A program made the position numbers and the translations under genes. The notes beneath the pieces are model-generated. The model saw only the letters and a list, made by a program, of their open reading frames with translations. It made no database searches and had not been told where the DNA came from. A DNA stretch of 62,307 nucleotides, counting the filler. It is 3 parts of 3 records of this genome, joined end to end, with 100 filler letters (N's around TTAATTAATTAA, not from the genome) between each part and the next. Parts side by side here need not be neighbours in the genome. Positions count along the whole stretch, not along the records: positions 49,456 to 62,307 come from SRR20825019_992; 2 more parts are not named here. The stretch is one strand, 5' to 3'. This document shows positions 56,001-62,307 of this stretch, piece after piece; the stretch's first letter is position 1, and the number at the start of each line of letters is the position of its first letter.

Positions 56001-58558
56001 ATCGCTTGTACTTCGAGGAGATCTCTCTCGAGACTGTCAGCGACATCCTCGCCAAGGAGCGTCACCGTGGTGTCGTTATCAGTGTCGGAGGCCAGTTGGT
56101 GCAGAACATTGCCCTCAAGCTTAAGTCCTCAGGATTCAAGATTCTAGGTACCGACCCCAGTAACATCGATATGGCCGAGGACCGTAACAAGTTCAGCCAG
56201 ATGTGTGATGACATCGATGTTGCCCAGCCCGAGTGGATATCTGCTGTCTCCATCGATGAAGTCCATGCCTTCTGCAAGCGCGTCGGGTTCCCATGCCTTG
56301 TCCGCCCCAGCTATGTGCTGAGCGGATCCGCTATGTCTGTTATCGGAACTGCCGATGATGTGGACCAGTACCTCCGTACCGCCTCCCTTGTCTCCGGTGA
56401 CCACCCTGTCGTTGTCAGCAAGTACTACGAGAATGCCGTTGAGTACGACGTCGATGTGGTGGCTCACCACGGCACTCTTCTATGCTACTCTATTGCCGAG
56501 CATGTTGAGGCCGCCGGGTGCCACAGTGGTGATGCCACTATGTTCCTACCTCCCCAAAACGGTACTAAGGAACTGATGAAGTCCCTCTACGATGCCGCCC
56601 AAAAGGTGGCCGAGAAGCTTGACGTGGTTGGTCCTATGAACATCCAATTCCTGCACACTGCAACTGGTGAGCTAAAGGTGATCGAGGCCAATGTCCGCTG
56701 CTCCCGCTCTGTCCCCTTCGTTTCTAAGACTTTGGGTATCAGCTTCCCCGCCATGATGGTGTCCGCCTTCCTTGCCCGTCCCGAACAGACCCTCCTTCCT
56801 ATTAAGCGCGCTAAGATGTCCCACATTGGATGCAAGGCTGGTATGTTCTCCTTCAATCGACTCGCTGGGGCTGACCCTATTCTTGGAGTCGAGATGCGCT
56901 CCACTGGTGAGGTCGGAGTGTTCGGCCGCGACAAGCACGAGGTCTTGCTCAAGGCTATGCTTTGTCAAAACTTCAAGTACCCCACTAAGGCAGTCGTTGT
57001 TGACATTGAGAAGGCCGATGATGCCGCCTCATTCGCTCCATTTGCCAAGCTGCTCGCTACCAAGCTCAAGGTCTTTGCCACCGAGCGTACCGCCGCTGCA
57101 CTATCCGCAGTTGGTGTTGAGGTACACCTTGCCTATGGCCGGGACAAGCCCACACAGCTTCCCCAGCTGGATGCACTGTACGAGGCTAAGGACATCGACC
57201 TCGCCATCCAACTTCGCGATAAGACTAAGGATTTTATCGTCCGTCATTGCACCGCCGAGGAGTCCCCAGTAGACTACTGGATCCGTCGCCGTGCTGTTGA
57301 CTTCAGTGTATCCCTTATTACCGAGGTGGCAATTGCCAAGCTCTTCTCTGAGGCCTTCGTCAAGTTCACTCCTACCGACATCGAGATTGAGCCCTTCCGC
57401 ACCTACGTCCCAAAAATCTACCACAAGCTCAAGAATGCCAACTTCACTCTCCTTCGTCGCCAGAAGGTTGGTCTCTGCATCAACGACGATGTATCCAGTC
57501 GTGTCCTTGCACTCCGCCTGAAGGAGGACTGTCACAACCTCACTTGCTTCCATGCTGACGTTGGCCAATGCGGAAGTGGATCCACACTGCTCGAGGAACT
57601 TCTCAGCGCTGGTATCCCCACCGAAATCATTGACCTCCGCACCAAGATGGCGGAGTGCTGCACCGACCTTATCATGGCCAACGCCATGGCCGAAGCCGCC
57701 GATTTCTTCATCACTAACATCGGTCGCCACGTTATCAACGGAGGTTTACTGCCCGCCATGAAGGCTAGGAAGATCAAGGTTGCCGCGCAGGCATCCAGCC
57801 GTGCCAAGCGAGTCGTTCGCTTTGAGAAGTACGTCAAGGCCATCTCCCCCGAGATCAGCGTCTACCAGCCATGGCGTGATACCCGTATGCTCGAGGAGTT
57901 CCCTCTAGAGGCCGACCAGATCGCCTATATTGTCGAGAACGGTATGGCTGCCCCTAAGATCGCCAGCGGTGTTAAGATGACCGTGAACCTCGCCGGAGTT
58001 GCCCAGACTGCCCAGTCTCAATCTACTCTCAAGCTCCAGCTCGTCCGTCTCCCTCGCGACTGCCCCGAGGAGCCTGAGTTCGTCACAATTGCCTTCCAGA
58101 ATGGTGCATGCACTCGCATTAACGGTGTTGATGTAAAGGCATACCAGGCCGTTCAGCTAGCGAACGAGATTGGTGCCCGCAACGGTATTGGAATCCAGCG
58201 TACTGCCGACGGTAACCTGTTTGAGGTTCCCGGTATGACACTCCTTGCCCGTGCCCTCCGCTACCTCTACGAGGCTATCTTCGACCGCTCCAGTATGGAC
58301 ATGATCCGCTCCTACTCCGCACATGTCGCCAACCAAGTGGCACACGGTAAGATTGCCGACCCCAGCACACAATCTGCCTTTGCTGGTATCCGCTTCCTTG
58401 CCAACGATGCCACTGGTATTGTTGAGCTTGAGCTGCACCGTGGACACGCCATCTTCCTCAAGGTGGAGGGTGTTGTCAACGCCGACGCAGACCAGGACCT
58501 ACATGGCGATGAAGTCTTCACACAAGGAAACGGTGACTTCAGCGACATGGAGTGGTAG
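53084..58558 (+). CDS. pyr1: Glutamine-dependent carbamoyl-phosphate synthetase II (GAT + CPS + MGS) with C-terminal argininosuccinate-synthase-like domain
   Basis: [21 protein letters not shown], QFHPE (GAT); [48 protein letters not shown] (CPS); kinetoplastid-like N-terminus and short GAT-CPS linker. Confidence 0.96.
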   Translation: [1824 protein letters not shown]

Positions 58559-58803
58559 TCCACATATACCTAATACTTAACTAACACTCACAAAAACAAC
58601 CATATACTTTGAAGCATGAAAAAAAAAATCTACTCAGAAACAGGCCTTGAGCTTCGTAAGATAAAACAATCACAAAAGGGAACAACAATACTCACACACA
58701 TTCACGTAAAAACACACTCTTAACATTGCATTTTGGTAGGGCCTTTGTACGACTTTGTTGTTTTGAGTTGATGATGATACTGTGTTATTTCCATTAGTAA
58801 CAA

Positions 58804-59946
58804 ATGCAGCTGCCAGGTATTATTGATTGCCACGTTCATTTCCGTGAGCCAGGATTGGAGCACAAGGCCACCATCGCTACTGAGGCCACCGCTGCACGAT
58901 CAGGTGGTGTATTTACTGTGTGCGAGATGCCTAACACCAACCCCGGTACCAACACGGTCGATGCCCTCAAGTTCAAGGTGTCAAAGGCAGATGCCGTCCG
59001 CCATCTATGCGATGTCCGATTCTTCTTCGGGGCTACGGAGATGAGTCATCTCGATGAGCTTCGTAAAATATTCACTGCTGAGGAGCACTTCGATTTCAAG
59101 CGTAACTGCAGCGGTCTGAAGTTGTACTTAGACAACAGCACTGGTAACATGAAGGCATCGGAGGAGGTTACCCACAAAGCCTTTGCCCTTTGTGCTGAGC
59201 TCGGAATTGTACTTGTTGCACACTGCGAGCATGCACACACCAACGACACTGCTGCTGCATGCTGCCCATACTCTGATCCCAAGTCCCACTCAGAGCGCCG
59301 CCCTGTGAAGTCTGAGGTGGAGTCCATTAAGGAAGCTATTGCCATTGCAGCGAAACACAACACCCGCCTCCACATTGCCCATCTCTCGACGGCTGGCGGC
59401 CTTGCACTGGTTATTGAGGCCAAGGCAAAGGGACTCCCAATCACCTGCGAAGTAACCCCTCACCATCTGCTGCTTTCATGTGATGATTACGCCGTTTTAG
59501 GTGGCCGCGCGAAGGTCAACCCTCCTCTTCGCCCAATCGACAACCGTGGTGACTTGTGGGCGGGAGTTGTTTCAGGAGCCATTGATTGCATCTCTACTGA
59601 CCATGCACCCCATCTTCTGTCCGAGAAGGACGCCGATGGAGTTCCACCCTCAGGCCTCCCAGGTGTCGAAACCGTCCTCTCCCTCATGGTGTCTATCGCT
59701 CTTGGATGCTGGCCTCATCCTAGCGATCCTCAACCTCCCAGGAGTAAGGAGTTCTCGATGGAGCACATTCGAGCTCTGATGTTTGAGAACCCCAACAGAA
59801 TCTTCGGGCTCGGGGCTGATAGCACCCCCAAGCTAACAGTGTCCTCAGAGGGATTCAAGCACATCCGCGGTGTCGATCAGAAGACCAAGTGTGGATGGAC
59901 CCCTTACGAGAACTGGAAGGTCAAGGGCGCCATTAGTGAGATCTAA
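58804..59946 (+). CDS. pyr3: Dihydroorotase
   Basis: DCHVHFREPG, EMPNT, GLKLY, VAHCE, HIAHLS, EVTPHHL, KVNPPLR, STDHAPH, KCGWTPY. Confidence 0.95.
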   Translation: MQLPGIIDCHVHFREPGLEHKATIATEATAARSGGVFTVCEMPNTNPGTNTVDALKFKVSKADAVRHLCDVRFFFGATEMSHLDELRKIFTAEEHFDFKRNCSGLKLYLDNSTGNMKASEEVTHKAFALCAELGIVLVAHCEHAHTNDTAAACCPYSDPKSHSERRPVKSEVESIKEAIAIAAKHNTRLHIAHLSTAGGLALVIEAKAKGLPITCEVTPHHLLLSCDDYAVLGGRAKVNPPLRPIDNRGDLWAGVVSGAIDCISTDHAPHLLSEKDADGVPPSGLPGVETVLSLMVSIALGCWPHPSDPQPPRSKEFSMEHIRALMFENPNRIFGLGADSTPKLTVSSEGFKHIRGVDQKTKCGWTPYENWKVKGAISEI

Positions 59947-60070
59947 CTTACATTAATATTTTTTGACATGTTCCCATTTTATCAGTTTATAATGATGCCA
60001 TAGTGAAGCGGAGTGATTATCAATTTACATTTCCCCTTTTAAAAGTGAAAGCTATCAAACAATAACGACC

Positions 60071-61903
60071 ATGCACGGACGCGAGAAGAAGGGAGTTCCC
60101 AAGAAGGTTGCTTCAACTCAATCCGGTGTCTCATCCCCTACCGCACAGGGTGCATCTCCCTACCACTCCTACGGCCATGCTCTTGACGAGCTTGGCTACG
60201 ACAGCACGCAGTTCGATGCGATGTTGGACACTTTGCAGAGTGACAAGAAGGCAAAGAGTCTTGAGACCATCGGCACCATTCTAGGCCACCTCCGAGTCCT
60301 CGACAACAACACCTCCTCCCACTACATGGCTCATGGCGCTACCGTCATGTCCGCTATGGAGTCGGCCCTTGCAACCAACAAGAAGGCAACCCTCAAGGAC
60401 CGCGTCGCCATTATCCAGACTGGTACACTTCTTGCTAGTACCCACGGTGACGACATCCTAGAGCTTTATGACACTTGGGCCAACGTTTGCTTCCAATCGG
60501 TGGCTGGATCTGCAGCATCTAGCAACCTCAAAAGTGCACTAGGAGCCGCCTGTTTCGACGGCCTGGCAATCCTCAACGCTTGCAATCCCTCCGCCACTGT
60601 TCAGATTGGTGGAAGTGGTAACCAAGGCCGAGGTGGAAGCGTTGCCGAGGGACTGATGGACCTTGTTATGCGACGCGGTTACCAGTCGGCTTTGGCAAGT
60701 ACTGGTATCGCGGATGTCACTCCCCTGAATCATTCGACCATTCCCAGCTCCATCATTGCAGCCTCAGTTCCAACACTGTACACTGCATTCTTCGGAGGGT
60801 CGGCACTAGGGGGCGCCACTAAGGATGTTACAAACAACACCAACAACCCCGATGAGAATGATGATGGTTCTGCAACCAGCGGTGGGATCGCAACGGGAGC
60901 AGCTGCCTCTTCTGCCGCTGCTGCTGCAGCCGCCGCCCTGCTCCTTGAAGGCTCCCCTTCTGACTTATCCTTCGCAGCATTCCTCAAATGTCTTGCACTT
61001 TCTTGCGAGGCTTCTCAGTCCAGGAAGGTGCGTGGGGTCATTGAGGGTGCCATTGCGTACTTCATCGGACTCAACCCAGTACCATCTCCATCGGACCCTT
61101 CCACCGAGTTCCCAACCAATAGCACTCCTGAGTTGCTTTCAACCGTATCCCCCGCCACTACCGTGTTGATCGTTCGCGCACTTGAGGCTGCTACAGTGCT
61201 GAACAGCCGCTTTCCTCTTCTATTCGCTTCCCCTACCGAGACAAGCAATCCAACTTCAGGTAACAACTCTATTCCCCAGTCGCCGAACGGCTCTAATATA
61301 TCCTCGGTGTCTGGGCTTGCCCCGTTTACGAAGTTTTCCCTCAACGCTGAGGGCCTCAAGACCCTCCGGAAGCTTATTGCCACAAGTGGTGCCACGATGG
61401 GCAAAGCTGGCAAGCGACTACTGTCGAAGGCCATTCGCTCTCTTCAGGCATCCCTTCCAGACATGGAAGTGAACGACGACGATGTCGATTCTGACGACGA
61501 TGCCCCCCAGGCTGATGCTTGGGGAGAAGAAGGTATTGGAAGCGACGACGAGGAGTCTGACGATGACGACGATAACAATGCAGCAGACGACGGTTTCGTC
61601 ATCAAGATTCGCTTCCGTAAGTCCAAGGCTGTCGTTATTGTCGGATACCACCGTTGCGTGCTGACGCAACTGTTCAGGGGTCTCATGGAGGGGGGATTCC
61701 ACAGGCACGTAGTTCACAACTCGGCTCTTCAGCGTGTCCTTCGCCCCACTCAAGCCGGAATGGTCGACGACGATGACACAGTTATATCTTCGTACAAGGA
61801 GCGTAAGAGCCGCATGATTCAGCAGCAGGTTGCAAACAAGCGCGCCAACGACAAGGAGAGGTCCAAACATCGCGACCAGAAGGACAGTCATGCAGACGAG
61901 TAA
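60071..61903 (+). CDS. IFRD (interferon-related developmental regulator)-like protein
   Basis: C-terminal FRGLMEGGFHRHVVHNSALQRV...KERSKHRDQK resembles the IFRD C-domain; helical N-terminal region (LDTLQSDKKAK). Confidence 0.65.
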   Translation: MHGREKKGVPKKVASTQSGVSSPTAQGASPYHSYGHALDELGYDSTQFDAMLDTLQSDKKAKSLETIGTILGHLRVLDNNTSSHYMAHGATVMSAMESALATNKKATLKDRVAIIQTGTLLASTHGDDILELYDTWANVCFQSVAGSAASSNLKSALGAACFDGLAILNACNPSATVQIGGSGNQGRGGSVAEGLMDLVMRRGYQSALASTGIADVTPLNHSTIPSSIIAASVPTLYTAFFGGSALGGATKDVTNNTNNPDENDDGSATSGGIATGAAASSAAAAAAAALLLEGSPSDLSFAAFLKCLALSCEASQSRKVRGVIEGAIAYFIGLNPVPSPSDPSTEFPTNSTPELLSTVSPATTVLIVRALEAATVLNSRFPLLFASPTETSNPTSGNNSIPQSPNGSNISSVSGLAPFTKFSLNAEGLKTLRKLIATSGATMGKAGKRLLSKAIRSLQASLPDMEVNDDDVDSDDDAPQADAWGEEGIGSDDEESDDDDDNNAADDGFVIKIRFRKSKAVVIVGYHRCVLTQLFRGLMEGGFHRHVVHNSALQRVLRPTQAGMVDDDDTVISSYKERKSRMIQQQVANKRANDKERSKHRDQKDSHADE

Positions 61904-62214
61904 CAAATTCAACAACACCAATCACTAATCAACCATCATCTTGCGGATTGGAAATTGATTACCAGTAACACTCTATTGCCATTTGATTTTGTTCAGGCTG
62001 TGATTTATTATGCTTTGTTCCATAAATTTTTTAAGGTGTTGAAGTAAACTTGTTTGGGTTGGTTGGGGTTGTTGCATGGCCTGGGCTTCCCCCACGCAGT
62101 GTATGATTGTCGTCCATCGCATCGGTGTTTCCATCAATGCTAACTTGTTAATTGTCTTTTCATTCAACCCTTCCAGTGCCCTTCGCAATGTCATATTTAA
62201 CACCCAAAAACTCC

Positions 62215-62307
62215 TTAGGGTTGGGGTTGTTGCATAAAAATAAAAGGTTAGGGTTGTTGCTTAAACTTGTTTAGCTTAGGTTTAGGGTTAGGGTTAGGGT
62301 TGGGGTT
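62215..62307 (+). repeat. Degenerate telomeric TTAGGG repeats
   Basis: TTAGGG at 62215 and 62248, three tandem copies at 62282-62299, TTGGGG variants; G-rich strand points toward the contig end. Confidence 0.7.

Noticed and set aside
53252-58563. Many long antisense and alternate-frame ORFs over CPS II
   Set aside because: Shadow ORFs caused by strong C-ending codon bias; no recognisable motifs
53084-59946. CAD-like CPS-DHOase fusion
   Set aside because: CPS ends at TAG 58558 and DHOase has its own ATG after a 245-nt AT-rich spacer
1-62307. CRISPR arrays, rRNA/tRNA genes, transposases or defence islands
   Set aside because: No repeat-spacer periodicity, cloverleaf or transposase motifs seen by eye; small ncRNAs cannot be excluded without an Infernal/tRNAscan search

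Overview
The window is an artificial concatenation of three unrelated contigs joined by 100-nt N spacers carrying TTAATTAATTAA (22778-22877, 49356-49455). (1) 1-22777 is AT-rich Flavobacteriaceae-like DNA with mostly ordinary genes: mnmA, lysA, sucC, rluF, uvrB, a rimO fragment, two T9SS-secreted proteases, Hsp20, a GH3-family protein and a glycosyltransferase. (2) 22878-49355 comes from an unidentified eukaryote with many ~50-nt spliceosomal introns and GC-rich islands upstream of genes. Hand-splicing gives a large Sel1-repeat gene, a GAL4-type Zn2Cys6 transcription factor, a Rab22-like GTPase missed by the ORF track, a TPR protein and a secreted permuted-papain-like pseudoenzyme. It also gives the best candidate for something new: one ~2,400-aa gene joining LRRs, ankyrin repeats, a polycystin-2 (TRPP) channel and a C-terminal Nudix-like domain. 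(3) 49456-62307 is an intronless, co-oriented kinetoplastid-type gene run ending in degenerate TTAGGG repeats. It holds a nucleoredoxin/tryparedoxin-like gene, an unknown gene, CPS II carrying a degenerate argininosuccinate-synthase domain, dihydroorotase and an IFRD homolog. All calls come from by-eye motif recognition and no database search was run.
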